From positions 124,001 through 188,000 of the forward strand of contig NMRA01000148.1 of assembly GCA_002633005.1 (NCBI GenBank): 64,000 nucleotides of DNA, written 5' to 3'. Shown in pieces: positions 53,152-64,000 of this stretch. Source of the DNA: Phoronis australis. Its lineage: Eukaryota > Animalia > Phoronida. How positions within the stretch are numbered: position 1 is the stretch's first letter; the number at the start of each line of letters is the position of its first letter. The notes under the pieces are model-generated. The model had not been told where the DNA came from and ran no database searches. It saw only the letters and a program-made list of their open reading frames with translations. Made by a program: the position numbers and the translations under genes.

Positions 53152-55710
53152 CACAGGGTATCAGACGACAGTCTCGATATGGCATAGCAATGGCAGTCTT
53201 CTCTAAAATTGGAGATCGTACAAACGCCAAGCAGAGGGAAAAGACCAGTGTCTCTTGTTCCATGTTTTGTGCGAGTCAACATGTTGTAATCTCAGAATGC
53301 AAGTCAGTACTCCTTTCAAGATTATACAGGTTTATACCGGGTATACAAAATTTCCCAGAATCACCATTGCATTGTGGAAGCGACGGTTTGTAGTTCACAT
53401 GCATAATTTCAGATTGGTTCATCTTCAATATTATTGGTCGTTTAACTGAATCGAGTGTGGAATAGATTTAATTTGTTTTTGTTACCGGGTTTATTTTCTT
53501 TCAGATGGACATGCGATTGTTAATTGGGAAATTTTGTAAGCATTTTTAAAAAACTCATCTTTGAAAAAGAAGCCCATCTTATGAGTTTTAAAAGTTTTGA
53601 AACAAAAGAACTTCACATTTTCACTGATTTGCAAAATTTACTTTTGGTCTCCTAATTGCCCACATGAGAATTGGAAGCTAACTGAAGCTGGGATTTTCTG
53701 AATCGTTGCAGACCTAAACGCTACCTATTGTATAAACTGTAAACTAATATTTGACTGCTTGTTAAAGTTTCCCTGTAACATGGACATTTATTTTGGGAAC
53801 CAGACGGCGTTGTGCAATGATGATCTCACTTTGTGGCAGAATGAGAAAGGAAATGGTTTCAAATACATGTTCCTTCTTGGTATGAACTGCAAAGTGACGA
53901 TTTCATGAAAAGCATGTACAGCAAAATAATATTTTATTAAAATCTGTAATCACAATCAATAAATGCGTTAAGTTTTTGGGTGTTTTGTATGTTTTTTGAT
54001 GGTCAGTTAGCATATTGACATTTTCACACTCATATACTCATATGTTTGTAAAGTGATAGCACTGGTAGCAGAAAAATATCGTTCAAAGTAAATTTAAGAT
54101 TTACAATGGCAGCAGTACAATTTTACCAGTTATATTGATATCACAATACATAATACAAAAAATAATTGTGTCGAAAAAACTCCTGATCTTCTTTCATTAG
54201 CTTAAAACAGGAATTTTGAAAATAATACTTCTTAACCACCATCCGTCATTCAGTGAGTAAAGTATCAGTCAACCAACTTTTAAATACTGGCAAAAATAAC
54301 TCCTAGGTTATAGCAACCCGATAACACAACACCTGGGGAAGGTCTCACCTTCAATGACCTTCAGAACTAAACAATAGCAACAACAGCCATACTGTGGAAG
54401 CACATTCGCCTTCTAAAGTCGTCATTTAATGACTTGAACACAGAAATTTAGTTATAAAATGCTTTCTATGAAAAAGGTTGTCTACAACTAACAAACGATT
54501 CTTTTGCTGGTTGATCATGGAACAATCTACACAATCATGTACAACTAATAGCAGCAAAAAATAAGCAAGATGTGTAATTATGGCACAACAATTAAACAAT
54601 GACATGTTTCTAGGAACATAATGTACATAAGGGCATTATTGAGATAAAAAGTAGAGAAACAACCTGATCACAACTGACCTCTGGTGGGAATAATAAATAG
54701 AGAACACATACATATAAACTTATAAAATTGAACAAAGTGACTTGACATCAAGTGAAAGGAATGTCAATACAATACATCTGACATGTTCCTGAATGGTTCT
54801 CACCTTCTTCATCCTCGAGAAGATTTTTGTAGACAAAAGTCGAAATATCTTTAATAACTAACAACCTCATTTGCGTTCTCTAATTTAAAAATAATTCTGA
54901 AACTGTACAGCATTCAATAGTACAACACAATGTATTACCTTTTTGTAGTTACCATTAGCATTCAGGGTAAAGCCCATGCTCTTACTCATTTCAGTTTAAA
55001 AATTCAATTTACCCTAAAATTCTTCAATTTAGAACAAAAATAATATTTCTAAAACTAACATTTTTCTACTGTATTTTTCAGAGGCTTGCTACATTGCTGC
55101 AAACGCTTGACTTTTACCAAATGTTTGGCGACAACACATGTTAAAAACAACATAATTTCCTGAAAAGTTAAAAAGTTTTCACTTGTCTGCCATATTACTT
55201 TCTAAACTGAAGAATTTTCACCATAATCCCCATCCTACAACTAACGGAAGGTGTGTGCATTAACTATTCGCTGTTAAACTTCTCAGGATACCTTCAAAAA
55301 CACCAGCGCAGCTTGCTTTCATGTCAAAGTAACTGTCCACAGTTAATTTTTGGGACACCCTGGGTGTAAATTGTAATTTTCTGACATTCGTTTCTAGAGA
55401 TTGTGTCGTAAATATACTCATCGGTGGTTTTATACCTGAACGCGTGCTTTAAAGTACCAACGCATGGTCTACACTCACATGCAAAAGAGACACCAAGTTT
55501 GAGTGATCCAATATTTCCAAAAACACTTGAAAATATTTAAGATTACGGTGAAATAGAATGGAATCAAAATAGATGCAACTTGGCTCATCGCTCAAGTCTT
55601 ACAAAGTTCCATTGTACTGTTCCAGAAAACGCACTGAGCCTTTCAGATAAACCGGATTTCACTTTGTTCGGAAAAAATTTCAGTCCAGTGAAATCCATTT
55701 TTTTGCAAGT

Positions 55711-58700
55711 TTATCTGAATGCTGCCCTCTGCATGTCGGCCGCGTTGATGACTTCAAGTTCACTTGATTCCATCGGCTCTCTGGTTACATGTTTTAGTTG
55801 TCCTTGTCCAAAAGACATCCTTTGGTCACTGATACAGTGGTGCGAATGCTCATTGAGTCTTGAATTCGCCGTCAACGAAGCAATGAGTGGACATCCAAGA
55901 TCAATGTCTTTAACATGAACCGGCTCCATTGTGCTCTTGTTGAAGACTGTAAGTTTAACCTTGAGACTTCCCTAGAATTGACAAGTCATCTGGTACAACT
56001 ATTAAGCATTCAGCAACTGTGCTGGCATGTGAGCAAATGACATTCAGTCCTACAGTCTGCCTATTGGTTAATGTGTGTGCAAACGTACTGAGGATTAATG
56101 CATTCTTATTGGATAATGCAAACTAAGTTGCCGAATAGTGTACACTCTTACAGGTTATTATGAATTCAAATTACACCTCACTATGTCGAATAAAAGTACG
56201 AGTCTTTGAAGTGAGTACAAATGTCTACTGCTTCAAACCAGGTGAATCCCGTCGTCACAAACGGATATAACATACTACTACAGTGACCAAATAAACAGAA
56301 TCCCTCTATTGATGACTAGCCCCCAGTGAGACTGGAATGTGAATAGAATCGGTTGTGACATTGGAGAAATTCAAAAGATTTCTCCATATCAATCGTTACC
56401 TCATTGAAAGAGGATGTTTACAGCATGAGCTGCCCTTGGAGTTTTGTAAGTCATTAATAACCTTTAATCCCCTAAAGAAAACACCATACACTCATTGCTC
56501 ACATCATCAACATGAAAGACGTATCAGATAAAATCACCTATGCGACTCGTTGCAATGTTCCAATTCACCAGCCAGGGGTCTGAAAGAAGCCCAACATCAA
56601 CAAAACAAACTATACCTTGAGCTGCTGTAGGTCATCTATGTCTTGGCATAGTCTGGCAGAATTCTGGCTTTCTACTTTAGCTGCGGGACAGGAAACAGTC
56701 TAGAAGAGATTGACAAGGAAGGGCATTTAATACTGACCTGCTAAAGTATAATATTTTATGTACTGTCGAGACTAAAGGCAAAAGAGACTTGTTTATATGT
56801 ATATAGAATGTCTATTAAGTGATGTGAACACTACAGTATACAAACCATGACTGAGGCCACACAGCTATTGGCTTGCATTAGATATGTTGGTGGCCATGAT
56901 TAATTGCAGCTGATAGTATAAACAAAGAGTGAAGCACCGAGCTCATCATGATACATAAAGTATGTAAAAACTCGACAATTTTGGACAAAAGCAATTGCCA
57001 ATATTTGGTCGTTTTTCATTTTTCAAAGGCTTCTGATATTGTTCAGAAGCTTCACAATTTCTCAGAATCTTTGTCTGATAATAACTGTGGTATAGATCTT
57101 AAAAGTGATACATTAATTTGGTGCTATTTAAATGATACAGTTATTTGGTGCTACTTAAATGATACAGTTATTTGGTGCGACTTATCTTTCGTAAAAATAA
57201 TGAAAGAACAGTATTTCATTTGTTGGACATACTGCGCCCTAAATTGTTGACATTTTACTGTTACGTGATGCTTACGAAGAAATTTGGCTCTTCCATTTAA
57301 CATCAAAATAAAGGGGAAACAAGAAAGCTGTTGACCAGCCAACATGAACACAGTAGTGAGACATGAATCCACTATATATATGATTCCACATGCAACTTTT
57401 AACATTGTGAGAGCACAAAATCATTTTTCACTTGATCCAATGTCTTATTCTGTGGACAGTAATTTTTGTGTGAAAAAAAGTGAAGAATTACCTGAAACAA
57501 AATACCATTTCACTCTATATTGCCCGTTGCAGCAAAAAACGGTAACCTGTCACTTTTTGGTAGATGCCCCCATCTATCTTGGTGACAATTGACTTGTACC
57601 ATGTAAAAGTTCATTTGAGCTCAGCCATCATGATAGGGAATTATTGGTCATTTTGTCCGACTTTTTGCTGTGCACCATATGTCATGACTTAAAACTTGCG
57701 CTCAAAGATTGTCAATTAGCAAAGCAAACAGTAGCATGGCAACAGTGAATATAACGAAATTAATCTTTATCAAAATCTCAATCTAACTTGGTATTTAACA
57801 TGTTTTACACACAGCAAATCGGTGATTTAAAGTCTGCTGTTTAGTCAGACACAATAACTGATAATAAGCTTTGAAAAACATGCAACTCACATTTGGAATC
57901 TCTGAGATGTAGGCTAAGAGGTCCATGTTTGAACTTTTAACTTCTGTGACCACTTTCAATTGATTGTTGAATATGCGCTTGAAGTCGAGCTGGACTTGCA
58001 CAGGTGTATTCAACCTGAGAGGCCGTGGAAGGCCTGGAAACGAGAAACAACGCTTCTGCACTAAGTATACAAAAACTTGCATTTAAGCCACTATAAACCA
58101 GCATTACAGACAAAACGTCTATAATACTTGAGATTTTGTCCACTTTCTGTCTTAATAGAAAATCCGTTAAAGGAATTCCAAAGGTACAGACTGAGGCAAA
58201 CCTAAAAACTAAAATTGCCACTAGGGGGCACACCGGTTTTCAAATCCGTCCGAAAATTTGCTAATGCAGCCCCCTTCATGAAAGAAAAATATCTGCAAAA
58301 TTTCATGAACAGCATCAAGAGGTTTAGGAGAAACAGTAGCGAACGCTGGACGGAAGAGATGATGGCATAGTGTGGCAAAGTGTGCCCTCTGTATAAATAT
58401 GTGGGCACATAAAAAATGACAATTTAGCCATTATTTTTTATCAAACTTAAGGAATCATAACCGTAACAGTGATTAGCACAGCAGCATTGTGCAACTGTGG
58501 GCAAATGGTCTACTCACATGCTGCACTTTGGGTAAATTTTACTGACCCACAGAGGGCACTGTAGTAGTTAGGAAAGTGTACAACTTGGTTGGTGGCTATG
58601 TATGATATGCAAAATACAGATAGGCAGAAACTGTACTTACGCAGTGCTGATTCCCAGCGAACAGTTGACTCTCGGACGCACATCGTGTGCCCTGTGTAGT

Positions 58701-59855
58701 CAATGGGATCATTGAATTTCCTCATTTCACGTAAATTGCTGTCCACGTGAGCATACTGCTGTCTTTGCACATCAGGGCGTTTGTCGTTTCCAAAAGCTAA
58801 CAATGCACAAGGAAACTAACATTACTTAACAATCACAGAAAAGCACACATGACCTCTGGTAATGAAACTGTGTGTAAAGATAAGCCAGATGAAATTCTTT
58901 GCAACATTTTATTTACAACATAATTTATATGAAAATGAACCTTGAATTACAATTCCTAAAATTTTTCAAATGAGACAATTTTGCTTTAAAACATGAATTT
59001 TCATACAGTTCTAGGATTCACGTGACCATAACATTTCTCACTATGCTCTTATAAAGAGGTCAAAGTTGCCAAAAACAGCAAGCGCCTGGTGATGCCCCAA
59101 CTACACTTCCAGGCACAATTATATCAAACACACGCAAAGCTTGCTTCATGAGATATCGCACCTACAGCACTCAAAGTAAAAATTTAATCTGGAAGTGAGC
59201 TGGAAAACGAGGTCAATGTCGCCAAATTCTCAACAAACTACTGGAAAATCCTCACCAACACTTCAGCACAAAATATGAACATGTAAAGCTCCCTTCTTGA
59301 GATACTGAGCAACTTTTTCCAAAAACATTTCTTGCTACGACTTTGATAATGAGGTGGCCAAATTCAGCTGGATGCATAAACTGCATATTATTAAATAAAC
59401 CACTAGTTGTTTGCTATAAATTCATATCAGGTGGATGACAATCGAATGAACATTAGTCTCACATCTCCCTGATCACCATTCATAGCATCCTATATGGAAA
59501 ACCACTTTTCATCATTTATCATTGCCCAATTTAAGATATCACATAAATTATCACAAATGATGATCTGATGGATGGAAACCATATCCACCGTTTATATGGG
59601 AAATCCTATCAAGCATTAATACCAATAACACACTAATCAATATGAATTCATATAAAAAGACTTAATGTATTTGTTATAAGTGAAGGAATGATGAACATTC
59701 TGCAAGGACCACTCACAATTCATCGTTTTAAAGAAGACGTCATTAACACTCAGATCTTTTCTCGGCAGGAACTGTGAAAGATGATCAAGCATGACTCCAT
59801 TCTTCTTGCAGTCAAACGCCTTATAGCCCGGGCTCCTGGATATGAAAGACTTCAT
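55711..59855 (-). CDS. Uncharacterised six-exon protein-coding gene, 271 aa; no family recognised
   Basis: Exons 59717-59855, 58641-58796, 57891-58033, 57276-57327, 56616-56680, 55711-55971, all GT-AG, with phases chaining 1-1-0-1-0 into one 816-nt ORF (MKSFISRSPGYKAFDCKKNG...AADMQRAAFR*). An in-frame TAA lies ~42 nt upstream of the ATG. Confidence 0.8.
58060..58412 (+). mobile_element. Helentron/HINE-like element, related to 32431-33024
   Basis: cactagggggcacacc..gcaaaatttcatgaac..gtgccc-loop-gggcacataa terminal hairpin. Boundaries are approximate. Confidence 0.5.
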
Positions 59856-60487
59856 AAACAATGTTATAATATCAACAATAATCTTACAGAGTGTTTAGAC
59901 ACTTTTTTAAGCAAAGTATTTCTCATCCACATTTGCTTGCCAGCCACTCATAATCAGTAGACTATCTGTTTTGCGTCGATTTCTTTAAAAGGACACCAAA
60001 ACCTGTTTTGGCCTATTAACAGATACTAAAAAAGACTATCCCATCCAGTTCTCTGAAATATTTAAAGGAGAAGGCAATCTTTTTTCGTGTAATTTTTAGT
60101 AAAAATACGGTTCGTTGATTATCCCAGACATATGTTTCAGTTAATTACAGCTTCCCCTAATTTTATTAATTAGTCATGCCTTACTCCGGAAGTGACGTTT
60201 AGGGGGTTAAGTATTTCCCACCATCTTGTTTCTGCGTTCGACTCTACTGTGAGGATCTGTTTCACTGTTGTTTTTGTGTTGGTTTCCTAAAATTGTCATC
60301 ACAACTTAGCATTGACGAGTATTCTATGACAAACTAGGTTGTTAGAGAACTCAATTACATTGGATTTAGGGATCCTTTATTTTATAGTAGCCAGAAAATG
60401 GCTGGAGTTGGCGACCCATATCACAGACATTGTTCATAGGAGTGGTGACAAGGAATTTTCAGTTAACGAACAGTTAGTGGGTGGATA

Positions 60488-60640
60488 ATGTTTGAGTCAG
60501 AGTATAGTGAGGCAGAACATGCACAAACAGCTGTTGAGAGGGATGAGGCAGAGGACGAGGATAGATGTAGTGGGACGTCTTGTTGCAAATGCACGGTGTG
60601 TACTGTTATGCCAACCTTATTGGAATACCTAGTATGCTGT
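60488..60640 (+). pseudogene. 5' remnant of a KolX-like accessory gene (resembles the P2X7 cytoplasmic ballast / Zn-binding Cys domain)
   Basis: MFESEYSEAEHAQTAVERDEAEDEDRCSGTSCCKCTVCTVMPTLLEYLVCC resembles the YxFEP..acidic..WCxCxxC..MPT..ExxCC pattern of KolX/P2X7-like proteins as I recall it; it is fused to the truncated transposase at ~60640. Confidence 0.6.
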
Positions 60641-61373
60641 TCCCACTGGATGGTGACCTGAGCACCCAAACCACTTACATCCCGCCGTGTGACTCCCTCG
60701 CCACACACATGGCACATTCTAAATAGCTCCAATACGTTAGTCAAGTCCACAATAAACTCATAAAAGTTTGGCTCACCAGCCTGTTCACTGGGTGATGAAC
60801 TGTCCTCCTCACTGTGTGTCGAACTAGGTTCGTATTCACTAATACTACTCAACCTCGCTGCAGGGCTACTTATAGGATCTGGGCCGGAGACAACACCAGC
60901 ACAGGGCCGATCATGGTCACTTCCCCGAATTGCCCGCTCTAGGGTATGTTCACGCACGGGTGGCAGCAGATGAAGGGTCTCCAGTCACAGTAGTGGCCAC
61001 AGCAGACGAGGCTTCTCACTTCAAAAAATCACTTCTCGGGGGTGGAGACGGGGCACTGACAGGAATCAACAGCGACGATATGGCACCCTTCTTCAGGCGT
61101 TGTTTTGCAGGAACCTTCATCAATTACACGTACATATCTCTTTCGTAATTCGACAGCAGAAAATGCTTGCCACACTTTGTATGTTGCGTGGATAAGTAAT
61201 GTTGTGTTCGTCACACAAACGAGCCAAGTACGGCAGAGTGTGTCATCTTTTGGAAAACGATGTAAAGGCATACCCAAACATGGGCGAAGCAGCCCCATAT
61301 GGTGCGTCGCCCATGCCAAAGTGCACGTGAGACAATAATGCGTATATCCCGGTATGCAGCAACCATGTGGTAT
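60641..61373 (-). pseudogene. Degenerate N-terminal part of a THAP-domain transposase
   Basis: (I)PHGCCIPG...LHRFPKDDTLCRTW is a THAP signature with the start ATG apparently mutated to ATA. It is followed by a frameshifted Ser/Glu-rich linker and FIVDLTNVLELFRMCHVCG..GAQVTIQW, then truncated before any DDE domain. Confidence 0.7.
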
Positions 61374-62180
61374 TTTGACTGACAAATGCAAACAATGACC
61401 AAACTTGTCACAAAAGAGGTAAAATAATGACTGACTCGACAGCTCACACAGTCGGACTACATGAAAACAAAATGGCAGGAAATTTTTAACCCCCTCAACG
61501 TCACTTCCGGAGTAAAACACGACTATTTAATAAAATTATTTGAAGCCTTTATCAACTGAAAAATATGTTTGGGATAATCAACGAACTGTATTTTTATTAA
61601 AAATGACATGAAAAAACATTGCCTGCTCCTTTAACTCAGTAAGAGCTTACATTTTCTCAAAATTGAAAACCTGAAGAATTTGGCTCTTTGTTGTCAATTG
61701 AGTGACGTGATCATGTCTTTTTCGTAAAATTTAGCAAAAAAAGAAAGACATTAATTTGATAGCAAAACAACAGGATCAACAACAAGACCAAACAATTTTC
61801 AAGATGAATTCTCAAAAACACTGTTACAGTTTTCTAAATTATTGTTCCATTTTTAATTCATGCAAGTTTTGATTTTTTTATGAAAATCATAAAGTCCTAT
61901 TTTTGATAGGTCCTCAGGCAGAAGTAGAGCTCTTGAAAAACAATTCCAAACAGCAGCGTATGAAAGAAGAGTGTACAAAGAATGGCACCTGAATGTTTCA
62001 TATGAATCTTATCTGCCTTTTCGGAGACATGATGTTCCAAAGTCAGCCAAATTTGTAAATTTTTCTAGCCAGGTTCTTACATAACCTCAACTCAGTTCTT
62101 GCAAATATAAATCCATCTCCCTGGTTGTTAGCTCGCGTAAATGCTGAAGCCCCATGATCAAGAATTTTGTTATTAAATGC

Positions 62181-62447
62181 CAGTGGCGGATTTAGAGGGG
62201 GGCCAAGGGGCCATGCCCCCCCCTAAAATTATCCCAGATTCCATTTGGCATTAGCATATGTGGTGCTCGGGGGCAAATGCACAATGTATAGGCCTTGAAT
62301 AAACAGTTTTTAGTGATAAGTTCCACAAACCCAAAAATTTGAGACCCCCCACATCCCCACATTTTGAGCTGGGCGTGCGCTTAAAGTGAAATTCTGTTTA
62401 TCTCTGTGCCCTGGCCCCCCTAACTCAAAATCCTGGATCAGCCCCTG
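62181..62447. mobile_element. MITE with 5-bp TSD (hAT5-like family), copy 3
   Basis: CAGTGGCGGATTTAGAGGGG..CCTGGATCAGCCCCTG flanked by AATGC on both sides; its first ~70 bp are close to copy 2. Confidence 0.75.
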
Positions 62448-62969
62448 AATGCCTACACTCAACTGTATGTACACCACTTAATTCTTCTAGTTCTCAAAAT
62501 ACAGAAATATGATTGGGCAGGCGATTGTCTTACCAGCAGGGGATGGGAAATCATTAACCACCAGAAATGCTTGCCGTTCCTTGCATTAAAGTTCATTTAA
62601 ATTTCATCAAATGCTCTCGAAGTGAAAGCTCTCAGATACAGTGCTCCTGTAATTATCTGTTTTAGTGATATTTTGGTATGTTCATGATTGTGCTATTGCA
62701 ATTTATTAATGACTTTTCCTATCTTTGTCAAGGTCATCGTTATTATCACTATAATGTTACTATTATAATTATTATTAGAATAATAAGTGACATGATTACT
62801 ACCATGACTTACGTGGCATAAAAGAACACTGTGTTTCCAGGATTTCTGGTTTTGTAGTGGACTACCTTTTCATGGTCTGCTTTTATAGCCTCAACCTTCC
62901 TAGAAGTAAGAGACAGTTAATTAGGCACCAATAGGTCATTGGATGACAACCAATTTAATGCTTAAGGTA

Positions 62970-63207
62970 CAGTACAAGGCTAAAGTATTCTGACAAAATG
63001 ACCCAGAATTCCCTGTCATGATGGCTGGGTAGACGCTGAATTCATCATAACAGCTGTCTTCCCTCATGATCGAGAATGACAGGAAAGTTAGTAAGGTGGC
63101 TAAGCTATTCTGTAATAAGGATTTTGCCATCCTAACAGTTATCACTTGTCATTTTGCGGCCACGATAGAAAAACGATGTTTTGTTTGATTACTTTTGTCT
63201 TGAACTG
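62970..63207. mobile_element. Tc1/mariner-like MITE (~240-265 bp family)
   Basis: TA|CAGTACAAGGCTAAAGTA..TACTTTTGTCTTGAACTG|TA; the internal gacccagaattccctgtcatgatggctggg is shared with the copy at 1967-2230. Confidence 0.7.
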
Positions 63208-63317
63208 TAACTATTGCTTTGAGGAGAGTTGCTAGGCTTTCCAATTTCAAAATTTTGAGTTCAAATCTCACCAGTGCTAAATCTCATAACTCACTTTGTA
63301 TGCTTCAATACGCACTT

Positions 63318-63400
63318 ACTGTTACTGAGTACTGTTACTGAGTACAGTTACTGAGTACTGTTACTGAGTACTGTTACTGAGTACTGTTACTGAATACTGT
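63318..63400. repeat. 13-bp tandem repeat x~6
   Basis: Unit actgttactgagt. Confidence 0.9.
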
Positions 63401-63587
63401 TCTTATTTCACGTAATCTTGTACTGCATGTCCAGAACTCATCTCTCCTCTTTTGCAAGGTAGAAAACGCATAATGCAATTGACCTACTTTTCTAAACGTT
63501 AGGTTGCTTAATATACACAGTTGTCATTAATGCTTATGTAATACGTAAATGTATACGTATACCTATTGCAACAGTAAAACAATAAAT

Positions 63588-63735
63588 ATAGATTATTACA
63601 TGGCGAAGTCGTTATCCTCCGTTATCTAGAGCCCAGGTGGATTTTGGAGAATTGTCGCCCGAGGGTGATAATTCTCCAAAATTCTCGAGGGCTCTAGATA
63701 AGGGGGATAACGGATGAGAACATGTAATAATCTAT
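63588..63735. repeat. ~150-bp imperfect palindrome (Crypton-like non-autonomous element?)
   Basis: atagattattacatg..cgttatc..ttatctagagccc..ttttggagaatt / aattctccaaaa..gggctctagataa..gataacg..catgtaataatctat, with a gcccgaggg centre. Confidence 0.7.
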
Positions 63736-64000
63736 TTATACCACATACTAAACGAGAAACATTGCAATGAATTGATTTACCTTTTCTGACTCTCCACGGC
63801 TTTGTAACTAATTTCTATGTCAGAGGCTCGGGGTCGGAGGTCATGACCTTTTAAGAAAAGCCGGGCTATTTTTGTCAAATAATGCTTTTACTCAAAACCA
63901 ATTGAAAACTTAAATATAATAGAAATAAATTGAATTTATAAATTAAGGTTTACTAACTATTATAGCTTAAAACAGTCACGTTTTTTTCACGCTAAGCTTC

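Larger units (their letters stand above)
60066..61630. mobile_element. Internally deleted Kolobok-type DNA transposon
   Basis: TTAA on both flanks (60062-60065, 61631-61634); AGGAG..CTCCT termini; imperfect TIRs of ~165 bp (60066-60232 vs ~61464-61630); convergent THAP-transposase and Cys-rich accessory gene remnants inside. Confidence 0.85.
59856..62899 (-). other. Putative spliced 5' leader exons of the uncharacterised gene, containing several short ORFs
   Basis: Canonically bounded segments 62813-62899 (ttctag|..|gtaagt), 62534-62646 (ttacag|..|gtaaga), 62081-62143 (cttcag|..|gtaaga) and an acceptor at ~60003; they cannot be joined into a stop-free frame with the main ORF. Confidence 0.45.

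Noticed and set aside
55585-55713. Possible stop-codon readthrough of the orphan gene (about 40 open codons after the stop)
   Set aside because: The stop is TAA-A, not a leaky TGA-C context, and no other support is visible.
62590-62615. In-frame TGA TGA in a leader exon as possible selenocysteine codons
   Set aside because: A TAA follows in the same frame a few codons later, and I could not identify a SECIS element.

Overview
AT-rich, intron-rich eukaryotic (invertebrate animal-like) genomic DNA with three assembly gaps. I rebuilt four spliced genes by hand from GT-AG boundaries and intron phase. (1) The 3' ~850 codons of an MTMR3/MTMR4-type myotubularin phosphatase with a C-terminal FYVE domain (+, 1049-15471). 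(2) A complete GTP-dependent PEPCK (-, 19976-26250 shared exons) with three candidate phase-2 alternative first exons, one creating a typical mitochondrial presequence and two starting with acidic residues. (3) A complete 334-aa OSGEP/Kae1 (+, 37587-53151), head-to-head with PEPCK, carrying a nested antisense single-filamin-repeat ORF in intron 4. (4) A 271-aa six-exon gene I do not recognise (-, 55711-59855), apparently preceded by a spliced leader full of upstream ORFs. That leader hosts an internally deleted Kolobok-type transposon (TTAA TSD, ~165-bp TIRs, THAP-transposase and KolX/P2X7-ballast-like remnants). There are also many MITEs (including a family with 5-bp TSDs), Helentron-like elements, palindromes and minisatellites. 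No rRNA, tRNA or CRISPR array was seen. All calls are by eye and none was checked against databases.
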